The position numbers and the translations under genes were made by a program. Positions 11,701 to 24,995 of a stretch of 64,000 nt of DNA are shown piece after piece. The number at the start of each line of letters is the position of its first letter. Positions within the stretch are counted from its first letter, which is position 1. The notes beneath the pieces are model-generated. The model was not told the DNA's origin and made no database searches. It saw nothing but the letters and a program-made list of their open reading frames with translations. Source of the stretch: the human T2T-CHM13v2.0 reference genome, Homo sapiens; assembly GCF_009914755.1 (NCBI RefSeq), contig NC_060946.1, one strand, 5' to 3'.

Positions 11701-14700
11701 GCACTAATCATCCAAGTGATGTAACTCTTTCTAGGATGTGCCTAAATTAACTTTTTGACATAACCCTGTACTGATCATCAGGTGATGGAGCTTTTGTCTA
11801 GGCTCTGCGTAAGGGGGCATTGTGACATATTTCTGCATTGATCACCCAGGTGGCGAACTCTTTTCTCGGATCTGCCTATGGGGGCATTGTGAGAAATCTC
11901 TGCACTGATCACCCAGGTGATGTAACTGTTGTGTAACCTCTGCCTACAGGGGAATTGTGAGAGATCTCGTCACTGATTACCCAAGTGATGTAACCGTTGT
12001 CTAGGCTTTGCATATAGGGGGCTTTGTGACATACCTTTGCACTGATCACCCAGGTGATGTAACACATCTAAGTTCGGCCTAAAGGAGCTTTGTGACATAT
12101 CTCTGCACTGATCACTTAGGTGATGTAACACTTTTATAATCACTGCCTACAGGGAGTTTTGACAAATCTCTGCACTGATCACCTAGGTGATGTAACTCTT
12201 GTCTACCCTCTGTCCAACGGGGCATTGTGAAATATCTCTGCACTGATCACCCAGGTGATTCAACTCTTGACTAGGAACTGCCTACAGAGGTTGTTGTGAA
12301 ATATCTCTGCACTGATAAACTAGGTGGTGTAACCCTTGTCCAAGCTCTGCCTACAGGGGCGTTTCCACATATCCCTGAACTGATGACAGAGGTGATGTAA
12401 CTCTTGCCTAGGCTTTGCCTACAGGGAACATTGGAGATATATCTGCACTGATCACCCAGGTGATGCAACTCTTGCCTAGGCTTTGCCTACAGGGGACATC
12501 GTGACATATCTCTTCAATGATCACTCATGTGATGCATCTCTTGCCTAGGCTTTGCCTACAGGGGACATTGTGACATATCTCTGCACTGATCTCCCAGGTG
12601 CTGTAAGTTTAGTCTAGGCTCTGCCTACACGGCATTGTGACATATCACTGCACTGATCAACCAGGTGATATAACTCTTGTATAGGCTCTGCCTACAGGGG
12701 GATTGTGACCTAACTCTGCACTGATCATCCAGGTGATATAACTCTTCTCTAGGATCTTCCTACAGGGTACTTTGTGACATATCCCTGCACGGATCACCCA
12801 GGTGATCTATCTCTGGTCTAAGCTCTGCCTAAAGGGGCATTGTGACAGATCTCTGCACTGATCACTCAGGTGATGTAAGTATTGTCTAGGCTCTGCTTCA
12901 AGGGGCCTTGTCACATATCTCTGCACTGATCACCCAGGTGATGTAACTCTTGTCTAGGCTCTGCTTCCAGGGCATATTGTGACATATCTATGCACTGATC
13001 ACCTTAGTGATGTAACACTTTGGTAGGCTCGGCCTACAGGGGAATCTTGACATATCTCTGCACTGTTAACCAAGGTGATTTAACTCTTGTCTAGGCTGTG
13101 CCCACAGGGGGATTGAGACATATCTCTGCACTGATCCCGAGGTGATACAACTCTTGCCTGGTCTCTGCCTACTGTGGACATTGTGACATATCTCTGCACT
13201 GATCTCCCAGGTGCTGTAACTTTAGTCTAGGCTCTGGCTACACGGCATTGTGACATATCACTGCACTGATCACCCAGGCGATATAACTCTTCTCTAGGAT
13301 CTGACCACAGGGTGCTTTGTGACATATCCCTGCAATGATCACCCAGGTGATATACCACTTGCCAAGGCTCTGCCTACAGGGGCATTGCAATGTATCTCTG
13401 CACTGATCACCTAGGTCTTGTAGCTATTTTCTAGGATCTGCCTACAGGGTGCTTTGTGACGTGTCCCAGCAAGGATTACCCAGGTGATGTACCTCTCATC
13501 AAGGCTCTGCCTACAGGCACATTGTGATGTATCTCTGCACTGATCACCTAGGTCATATAACTTTTTTCTAGGCTCTACCTACGATGGCATTGTGACATAT
13601 CTCTGCACTAATCATCCAAGTGATGTAACTCTTGTCTAGGATGTGCCTAAATTAACTTTTTGACATAACCCTGTACTGATCATCCAGGAGATGGAGCTTT
13701 TGTCTAGGCTCTGCCTAAGGGGGCATTTTGACATATTTCTGCATTGATCACCCAGGTGGCGAACTCTTCTCTCGGATCTGCCTATGGGGGCATTGTGAGA
13801 AATCTCTGCACTGATCACCCAGGTGATGTAACTGTTGTGTAACCTCTGCCTACAGGGGAATTGTGAGAGATCTCGTCACTCATTACCCAAGGGATGTAAC
13901 CGTTGTCTAGGCTTTGCATACAGGGGGCTTTGTGACATACCTTTGCACTGATCACCCAGGTGATGTAACACATCTAAGTTCGGCCTAAAGGAGCTTTGTG
14001 ACATATCTCTGCACTGATCACTTAGGTGATGTAACACTTTTATAATCACTGCCTACAGGGAATTTTGACAAATCTCTGCACTGATCACCTAGGTGATGTA
14101 ACTCTTGTCTACCCTCTGTCCAACGGGGCATTGTGAAATATCTCTGCACTGATCACCCAGGTGATTCAACTCTTGACTAGGAACTGCCTACAGAGGTTAT
14201 TGTGAAATATCTCTGCACTGAAAACTAGGTGGTGTAACCCTTGTCCAAGCTCTGCCTACAGGGGCGTTTCCACATATCCCTGAACTGATGACAGAGGTGA
14301 TGTAACTCTTGCCTAGGCTTTGCCTACAGGGAACATTGGAAATATATCTGCACTGATCACCCAGGTGATGCAACTCTTGCCTAGGCTTTGCCTACAGGGG
14401 ACATTGTGACATATCTCTTCAATGATCACTCATGTGATGCATCTCTTGCCTAGGCTTTGCCTACAGGGGACATTGTGACATATCTCTTCACTGATCTCCC
14501 AGGTGCTGTAACTTTAGTCTAGGCTCTGCCTACACGGCATTGTGACATATCACTGCACTGATCAACCAGGTGATATAACTCTTGTATAGGCTCTGCCTAC
14601 AGGGGGATAGTGACCTACCTCTGCACTGATCACCCAGGTGATATAACTCTTCTCTAGGATCTTCCTACAGGGTACTTTGTGACATATCCCTGCACTGATC

Positions 14701-17700
14701 ACCCAGGTGATCTATCTCTGGTCTAAGCTCTGCCTAAAGGGGCATTGTGACAGATCTCTGCACTGATCACTCAGGTGATGTAAGTATTGTCTAGGCTCTG
14801 CTTCAAGGGGCCTTGTCACATATCTCTGCACTGATCACCCAGGTGATGTAACTCTTGTCTAGGCTCTGCATCCAGGGCATATTGTGACATATCTATGCAC
14901 TGATCACCTTAGTGATGTAACACTTTGGTAGGCTCGGCCTACAGGGGAATCTTGACATATCTCTGCACTGTTAACCGAGGTGATTTAACTCTTGTCTAGG
15001 CTGTGCCCACAGGGGGATTGAGACATATCTCTGCACTGATCCCGAGGTGATACAACTCTTGCCTGGTCTCTGCCTACTGTGGACATTGGGACATATCTCT
15101 GCACTGATCTCCCAGGTGCTGTAACTTTAGTCTAGGCTCTGGCTACACGGCATTGTGACATATCACTGCACTGATCACCCAGGCGATATAACTCTTCTCT
15201 AGGATCTGACCACAGGGTGCTTTGTGACATATCCCTGCAATGATCACCCAGGTGATATACCACTTGCCAAGGCTCTGCCTACAGGGGCATTGCAATGTAT
15301 CTCTGCACTGATCACCTAGGTCTTGTAGCTATTTTCTAGCATCTGCCTACAGGGTGCTTTGTGACGTGTCCCAGCAAGGATTACCCAGGTGATGTACCTC
15401 TCATCAAGGCTCTGCCTACAGGCACATTGTGATGTATCTCTGCACTGATCACCTAGGTCATGTAAATTTTGTCTAGGCTCTACCTACGATGGCATTGTGA
15501 CATATCTCTACACTAATCATCCAAGTGATGTAACTCTTGTCTAGGATGTGCCTAAATTAACTTTTTGACATAACCCTGTACTGATCATCCAGGTGATGGA
15601 GCTTTTCTCTAGGCTCTGCCTAAGGGGGCATTGTGACATATTTCTGCATTGATCCCCCAGGTGGCGAACTCTTCTCTCGGATCTGCCTATGGGGGCATTG
15701 TGAGAAATCTCTGCACTGATCACCCAGGTGATGTAACTGTTGTGTAACCTCTGCCTACAGGGGAATTATGAGAGATCTCGTCACTGATTACCCAAGTGAT
15801 GTAACCGTTGTCTAAGCTTTGCGTACAGGGGGCTTTGTGACATACCTTTGCACTGATCACCCAGGTGACGTAACACATCTAAGTTAGGCCTAAAAGAGCT
15901 TTGTGACATATCTCTGCACTGATCACTTAGGTGATGTAACACTTTTATAATCACTGCCTACAGGGAATTTTGACAAATCTCTGCACTGATCACCTAGGTG
16001 ATGTAACTCTTGTCTACCCTATGTCCAACGGGGCATTGTGAAATATCTCTGCACTGATCGCCCAGGTGATTCAACTCTTGACTAGGAACTGCCTACAGAG
16101 CTTATTGGGAAATATCTCTGCACTGATAAACTAGGTGGTGTAACCCTTGTCCAAGCTCTGCCTACAGGGGCGTTTCCACATATACCTGAACTGATGACAG
16201 AGGTGATGTAACCCTTGCCTAGGCTTTGCCTACAGGGAACATTGGACATATATCTGCACTGATCACCCAGGTGATGCAACTCTTGCTTAGGCTTTGCCTA
16301 CAGGGGACATTGTGACATATCTCTTCAATGATCTCTCATGTGATGCATCTCTTGCCTAGGCTTTGCCTACAGGGGCATTGTGACATATCTCTGCACTGAT
16401 CTCCCAGGTGCTGTAACTTTAGTCTAGGCTCTGGCTACACGGCATTGTGACATATCACTGCACTGATCAACCAGGTGCTATAACTCTTGTATAGGCTCTG
16501 CCTACAGGGGGATTGTGACCTACCTCTGCACTGATCACCCAGGTGATATAACTCTTCTCTAGGATCTGCCTAAAGGGTACTTTGTGACATATCCGTGCTC
16601 TGATCACCCAGGTGATCTACCTCTGCTCTAAGCTCTGCCTAAAGGGGCATTGTGACAGTTCTCTGCACTGATTACTTAGGTGATGTAAGTATTTTCTAGG
16701 CTCTGCTTCAAGGGTCCTTGTCACATATCTCTGCACTGATCACCCTGGTGATGTAACTCTTGTCTAGGCTCTGCTTCCAGGGCATATTGTGACATATGTA
16801 TGCACTGATCACCTTAGTGATGTAACACTTTGGTAGGCTCGGCCTACAGGGGAATCTTGACATATCTCTGCACTGTTAACCGAGGTGATTTAACTCTTGT
16901 CTAGGCTGTGCCCACAGGGGGATTGACACATATCTCTGCACTGATCCCGAGGTGATACAACTCTTGCCTGGTCTCTGCCTACTGTGGACATTGTGACATA
17001 TCTCTGCACTGATCTCCCAGGTGCTGTAACTTTAGTCTAGGCTCTGGCTACACGGCATTGTGACATATCACTGCACTGATCACCCAGGCGATATAACTCT
17101 TCTCTAGGATCTGACCACAGGGTGCTTTGTGACATATCCCTTCAATGATCACCCAGGTGATATACCACTTGCCAAGGCTCTGCCTACAGGGGCATTGCAA
17201 TGTATCTCTGCACTGATCACCTAGGTCTTGTAGCTATTTTCTAGGATCTGCCTACAGGGTGCTTTGTGACGTGTCCCAGCAAGGATTACCCAGGTGATGT
17301 ACCTCTCATCAAGGCTCTGCCTACAGGCACATTGTGATGTATCTCTGCACTGATCACCTAGGTCATGTAAATTTTGTCTAGGCTCTACCTACGATGGCAT
17401 TGTGACATATCTCTGCACTAATCATCCAAGTGATGTAACTCTTGTCTAGGATGTGCCTAAATTAACTTTTTGACATAACCCTGTACTGATCATACAGGTG
17501 ATGGAGCTTTTCTCTAGGCTCTGCCTAAGGGGGCATTGTGATATATTTCTGCATTGATCCCCCAGGTGGCGAACTCTTCTCTCGGATCTGCCTATGGGGG
17601 CATTGTGAGAAATCTCTGCACTGATCACCCAGGTGATGTAACTGTTGTGTAACCTCTGCCTACAGGGGAATTGTGAGTGATCTCGTCACTGATTTCCCAA

Positions 17701-20700
17701 GTGATGTAACCGTTGTCTAGGCTTTGCGTACAGGGGGCTTTGTGACATAGCTTTGCAGTGATCACCCAGGTGATGTAACACATCTAAGTTAGGCCTAAAA
17801 GAGCTTTGTGACATATCTCTGCACTGATCACTTAGGTGATGTAACACTTTTATAGTCACTGCCTACAGGGAATTTTGACAAATCTCTGCACTGATCACCT
17901 AGGTGATGTAACTCTTGTCTACCCTCTGTCCAACGGGGCATTGTGAAATATCTCTGCACTGATCACCCAGGTGATTCAACTCTTGACTAGTAACTGCCTA
18001 CAGAGGTTATTGTGAAATATCTCTGCACTGATAAACTAGGTGGTGTAACCCTTGTCCAAGCTCTGCCTACAGGGGCGTTTCCACATATCCCTGAACTGAT
18101 GAGAAAGGTGATGTAACACTTGCCTAGGCTTTGCCTACAGGGAACATTGGACATATATCTGCACTGATCACGAAGGTGATGCAACTCTTGCCTAGGCTTT
18201 GCCTACAGGGGACATTGTGACATATCTCTTCAATGATCACCCTTGTGATGCATCTCTTGCCTAGGCTTTGCCTACAGGGGACATTGTGACATATCTCTGC
18301 ACTGATCTCCCAGGTGCTGTAACTTTAGTCTAGGCTCTGGCTACACGGCATTGTGACATATCACTGCACTGATCAACCAGGTGATATAACTCTTGTATAG
18401 GCTCTGCGTACAGGGGGATTGTGACCTACCTCTGCACTGATCACCCAGGTGATATAACTCTTCTCTAGGATCTTCCTACAGTGTACTTTGTGACATATCC
18501 CTGCACTGATCACCCAGGTGATCTATCTCTGGTCTAAGCTCTGCCTAAAGGGGCATTGTGACAGATCTCTGCACTGATCACTCTGGTGATGTAAGTATTT
18601 TCTAGGCTCTGCTTCAAGGGGTCTTGTCACATATCTCTGCACTTATCACCCAGGTGATGTAACTCTTGTCTAGGCTCTGCTTCCAGGGCATATTGTGACA
18701 TATCTATGCACTGATCACCTTAGTGATGTAATACTTTGGTAGGCTCGGCCTACAGGGGAATCTTGACATATCTCTGCACTGTTAAACGAGGTGATTTAAC
18801 TCTTGTCTAGGCTGTGCCCACAGGGGGATTGAGACATATCTCTGCACTGATCCCGAGGTGATACAACTCTTGCCTGCTCTCTGCCTACTGTGGACATTGT
18901 GACATATCTCTGCACTGATCTCCCAGGTGCTGTAACTTTAGTCTGGGCTCCGGCTACACGGCATTGTGACATATCACTGCACTGATCACCCAGGCGATAT
19001 AACTCTTCTCTAGGATCTGACCACAGGGTGCTTTGTGACATATCCCTGCAATGATCACCCAGGTGATATAGCACTTGCCAAGGCTCTACCTACAGGGGCA
19101 TTGCAATGTATCTCTGCACTGATCTCCTAGGTCTTGTAGCTCTTTTCTAGGATCTGCATACAGGGTGCTTTGTGACGTGTCCCAGCAAGGATTACCCAGG
19201 TGATGTACCTCTCATCAAGGCTCTGCCTACAGGCACATTGTGATGTATCTCTGCACTGATCACCTCGGTCATGTAACTTTTTTCTAGGCTCTACCTACGA
19301 TGGCATTGTGACATATCTCTGCACTAATCATCCAAGTGATGTAACTCTTGTCTAGGATGTGCCTAAATTAACTTTTTGACATAACCCTGTACTGATCATC
19401 CAGGTGATGGAGCTTTTGTCTAGGCTCTGCCTAAGGGGGCATTGTGACATATTTCTGCATTGATCACCCAGGTGGCGAACTCTTCTCTCGGATCTGCCTA
19501 TGGGGGCATTGTGAGAAATCTCTGCACTGATCACCCAGGTGATGTAACTGTTGTGTAACCTCTGCCTACAGGGGAATTGTGAGAGATCTCGTCACTGATT
19601 ACCCAGGTGATGTAACCATTGTCTAGGCTTTGCATACAGGGGGCTTTGTGACATACCTTTGCACTGATCACCCAGGTGATGTAACACATCTAAGTTCGGC
19701 CTAAAGGAGCTTTGTGACATATCTCTGCACTGATCACTTAGGTGATGTAACAGTTTTATAATCACTGCCTACAGGGAATTTTGACAAATCTCTGCACTGA
19801 TCACCTAGGTGATGTAACTCTTGTCTACCCTCTGTCCAACGGGGCATTGTGAAATGTCTCTGCACTGATCACCCAGGTGATTCAACTCTTGACTAGGAAC
19901 TGCCTACAGAGGTTATTGTGAAATATCTCTGCACTGATAAACTAGGTGGTGTAACCCTTTTCCAAGGTCTGCCTACAGGGGCGTTTCCACATATCCCTGA
20001 ACTGATGACAAAGGTGATGTAACTCTTGCCTAGGCTTTGTCTACAGGGAACATTGGACATATATCTGCAGTGATCACCCAGGTGATGCAACTCTTGCCTA
20101 GGCTTTGCCTACAGGGGACATTGTGACATATCTCTTCAATGATCACTCATTTGATGCATCTCTTGCCTAGGCTTTGCCTACAGGGACATTGTGACATATC
20201 TCTGCACTGATCTCCCAGGTGCTGTAACTTTAGTCTAGGCTCTGGCTACACGGCATTGTGACATATCACTGCACTGATCAACCAGGTGATATAACTCTTG
20301 TATAGGCTCTGCCTACAGGTGGATTGTGACCTACCTCTGCACTGATCACCCAGGTGATATAACTCTTCTCTAGGATCTGCCTACAGGGTACTTTGTGACA
20401 CATCCCTGCACTGATCACCCAGGTGATCTAACTCTGGTCTAAGCTCTGCCTAAAGGGGCATTGTGACAGATCTCTCTACTGATCAGTCTGGTGATGTAAG
20501 TATTGTCTAGGCTCTGCTTCAAGGGGCCTTGTCACATATCTCTGCACTGATCACCCAGGTGATGTAACTCTTGTCTAGGTTCTGCTTCCAGGGCATATTG
20601 TGATATATCTATGCACTGATCACCTCAGTGATGTAACACTTTGGTAGGCTCGGCCTACAGGGGAATCTTGACATATCTCTGCACTGTTAAACGAGGTGAT

Positions 20701-21797
20701 TTAACACTTGTCTAGGCTGTGCCCACAGGGGGATTGAGACATATCTCTGCACTGATCCCGAGGTGATACAACTCTTGCCTGGTCTCTGCCTAGTGTGGAC
20801 ATTGTGACATATCTCTGAACTGATCTCCCAGGTGCTGTAACTTTAGTCTGGGCTCCGGCTACACGGCATTGTGACATATCACTGCACTGATCACCCAGGC
20901 GATATAACTCTTCTCTAGGATCTGACCACAGGGTGCTTTGTGACATATCCCTGCAATGATCACCCAGGTGATATACCACTTGCCAAGGCTCTGCCTACAG
21001 GGGCATTGCAATGTATCTCTGCACTGATCACCTAGGTCTTGCAGCTATTTTCTAGGATCTGCCTACAGGGTGCTTTGTGACGTGTCCTAGCAAGGATTAC
21101 CCAGGTGATGTACCTCTCATCAAGGCTCTGCCTACAGGCACATTGTGATGTATCTCTGCACTGATCACCTAGGTCATGTAACTTTTTTCTAGGCTCTACC
21201 TACGATGGCATTGTGACATAACTCTGCACTAATCATCCACGTGATGTAACTCTTGTCTAGGATGTGCCTAAATTAACTTTTTGACATAACCCTGTACTGA
21301 TCATCCAGGTGATGGAGCTTTTGTCTAGGCTCTGCCTAAGGGGGCATTGTGACATATTTCTGCATTGATCACCCAGGTGGCGAACTCTTCTCTCGGATCT
21401 GCCTATGGGGGCATTGTGAGAAATCTCTGCACTGATCACCCAGGTGATGTAACTGTTGTGTAACCTCTGCCTACAGGGGAATTGTGAGAGATCTCGTCAC
21501 TGATTACCCAAGTGATGTAACCATTGTCTAGGCTTTGCGTACAGGGGGCTTTGTGACATACCTTTGCACTGATCACCCAGGTGATGTAACACATCTAAGT
21601 TCGGCCTAAAGGAGCTTTGTGACATATCTCTGCACTGATCACTTAGGTGACGTAACACTTTTATAATCACTGCCTACAGGGAATTTTGACAAATCTCTGC
21701 ACTGACCACCTAGGTTATGTTACTCTTGTCTACCCTCTGTCCAACGGGGCATTGTGAAATGTCTCTGCACTGATCACCCAGGTGATTCAACTCTTGA

Positions 21798-23090
21798 CTA
21801 GGAACTGCCTACAGAGGTTATTGTGAAATATCTCTGCACTGATAAACTGGGTGGTGTAACCCTTGTCCAAGCTCTGCCTACAGGGGCGTTTCCACATATC
21901 CCTGAACTGATGACAAAGGTGATGTAACTCTTGCCTAGGCTTTGCCTACAGGGAACATTGGACATATATCTGCACTGATCACCCATTTGATGCAACTCTT
22001 GCCTAGGCTTTGCCTACAGGGGACATCGGGACATATCTCTTCAATGATCACTCATGTGATGCATCTCTTGCCTAGGGTTTGCCTACAGGGGACATTGTGA
22101 CATATCTCTGCACTGATCTCCCAGGTGCTGTAACTTTAGTCTAGGCTCCGGCTACACGGCATTGTGACATATCACTGCACTGATCACCCAGGCGATATAA
22201 CTCTTCTCTAGGATCTGACCACAGGGTGCTTTGTGACATATCCCTGCAATGATCACCCAGGTGATATACCACTTGCCAAGGCTCTGCCTACAGGGGCATT
22301 GCAATGTATCTCTGCACTGATCACCTAGGTCCTGTAGCTATTTTCTAGGATCTGCCTACAGGGTGCTTTGTGACGTGTCCTAGCAAGGATTACCCAGGTG
22401 ATGTACCTCTCATCAAGGCTCTGCCTACAGGCACATTGTGATGTATCTCTGCACTGATTACCTAGGTCATGTAACTTTTTTCTAGGCTCTACCTACGATG
22501 GCATTGTGACATATCTCTGCACTAATCGTCCAAGTGATGTAACTCTTGTCTAGGATGTGCCTAAATTAACTTTCTGACATAACCCTGTACTGATCATCCA
22601 GGTGATGGAGCTTTTGTCTAGGCTCTGCCTAAGGGGGCATTGTGACATATTTCTGCATTAATCACCCAGGTAGCGAACTCTTCTCTCGGATCTGCCTATG
22701 GGGGCATTGTGAGAAATCTCTGCACTGATCACCCAGGTGATGTAACTGTTGTGTAACCTCTGCCTACAGGGGAATTGTGAGAGATCCCCTCACTGTTTAC
22801 CCAAGTGATGTAACCATGGTCTAGGCTTTGCGTACAGTGGGCTTTGTGACATACCTTTGCACTGATCACCCGGGTGATGTAACACATCTAAGTTCGGCCT
22901 AAAGGAGCCTTGTGACATATCTCCGCACTGATCTCTTAGGTGATTTAACACTTTTATAATCACTGCCTACAGGGAAATTTGACAAATCTCTGCACTGATC
23001 ACCTAGGTTATGTAACTCTTGTCTACCCTCTGTCCAACGGGGCATTGTGAAATGTCTCTGCACTGATCACCCACGTGATTCAACTCTTGA
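21798..23090 (+). repeat. Deletion-variant HOR, 19 monomers (1,293 bp)
   Basis: Landmark spacing 21798 to 23091 = 1,293 = 1,906 - 613. At about 22090-22186 the upstream flank of internal-repeat copy 1 is joined to the downstream flank of copy 2 (gatcacccaggcgat...ctgaccac). Confidence 0.93.
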
Positions 23091-24995
23091 CTAGGAACTG
23101 CCTACAGAGGTTATTGTGAAATATCTCTGCACTGATAAACTAGGTGGTGTACCCCTTGTCCAAGCTCTGCCTACAGGGGCGTTTCCACATATCCCTGAAC
23201 TGATGACAAAGGTGATATAACTCTTGCCTAGGCTTTGCCTACAGGGAACATTGGACATATATCTGCACTGATCACCCAGGTGATGCAACTCTTGCCTACG
23301 CTTTGCTACAGGGGACATTGTGACATATCTCTTCAATGATCACTCATGTGATTCATCTCTTGCCTAGGCTTTGCCTACAGGGGACATTGTGACATATCTC
23401 TGAACTGATCTCCCAGGTGCTGTAACTTTAGTCTAGGCTCGGGCTACACAGCATTGTGACATATCACTGCACTGATCAACGAGGTGATATAACTCTTGTA
23501 TAGGATCTGCCTACAGGGGGATTGTGACCTACCTCTGCACTGATCTCCCAGGTGATATAACTCTTCTCTAGGATCTGCCTACAGGGTACTTTGTGACATA
23601 TCCCTGCACTGATCACCCAGGTGATCTAACTCTGGTCTAAGCTCTGCCTAAAGGGGCATTGTGACAGATCTCTGCACTGATCACTCTGGTGATGTAAGTA
23701 TTTTCTAGGCTCTGCTTCAAGGGGCCTTGTCACATATATCTGCACTGATCACCCAGGTGATGTAACTCTTGTCTAGGCTCTGCTTCCAGGGCATATTGTG
23801 ACATATCTATGCACTGATCACCTTAGTGATGTAACACTTTGGTAGGCTCGGCCTACAGGGGAATGTTGACATATCTCTGTATTGTTAACCGAGGTGATTT
23901 AACTCTTGTCTAGGCTGTGCCCACAGGGGGATTGAGACATATCTCTGCACTGATCCCGAGGTGATACAACTCTTGCCTGATCTCTGCCTACTGTGGACAT
24001 TGTGACATATCTCTGCACTGATCTCCCAGGTGCTGTAACTTTAGTCTAGGCTCTGGCTACACGGCATTGTGACATATCACTGCACTGATCACCCAGGCGA
24101 TATATCTCTTCTCTAGGATCTGACCACAGGGTGCTTTTTGACATATCCCTGCAATGATCACCCAGGTGATATACCACTTGCCAAGGCTCTGCCTACAGGG
24201 GCATTGCAATGTATCTCTGCACTGATCACCTAGGTCTTGTAGCTATTTTCTAGGATCTGCCTACAGGGTGCTTTGTGACGTGTCCCAGCAAGGATTACCC
24301 AGGTGATGTACCTCTCATCAAGGCTGTGCGTACAGGCACATTGTGATGTATCTCTGCACTGATCACCTCGGTCATGTAAATATTTTCTAGGCTCTACCTA
24401 CGATGGCATTGTGACATATCTCTGCACTAATCATCCAACTGATGTAACTCTTGTCTAGGATGTGCCTAAATTAACTTTTTGACATAACCCTGTACTGATC
24501 ATCCAGGTGATGGAGCTTTTCTCTAGGCTCTCCCTAAGGGGGCATTGTGACATATTTCTGCATTGATCACCCAGGTGGCGAACTCTTCTCTCGGATCTGC
24601 CTATGGGGGCATTGTGAGAAATCTCTGCACTGATCACCCAGGTGATGTAACTGTTGTGTAACCTCTGCCTACAGGGGAACGGTGAGAGATCTTGTCACTG
24701 ATTACCCAAGTGATGTAACCATTGTCTAGGCTTTGCGTACAGGGGGCTTTGTGACATACCTTTGCACTGATCACCCAGGTGATGTAACACATCTAAGTTC
24801 GGCCTAAAGGAGCCTTGTGACATATCTCTGCACTGATCACGTAGGTGATGTAACACTTTTATAATCACTGCCTACAGGGAAATTTGACAAATCTCTGCAC
24901 TGATCACCTAGGTGATGTAACTCTTGTCTACCCTCTGTCCAACGGGGCATTGTGAAATATCTCTGCACTGATCACCCAGGTGATTCAACTCTTGA

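Noticed and set aside
11725-14225. Single-base deletions (~11730, ~11779, ~14221) giving 1,904-1,905-bp units
   Set aside because: These are ordinary small indels or possible consensus errors with no structural consequence.
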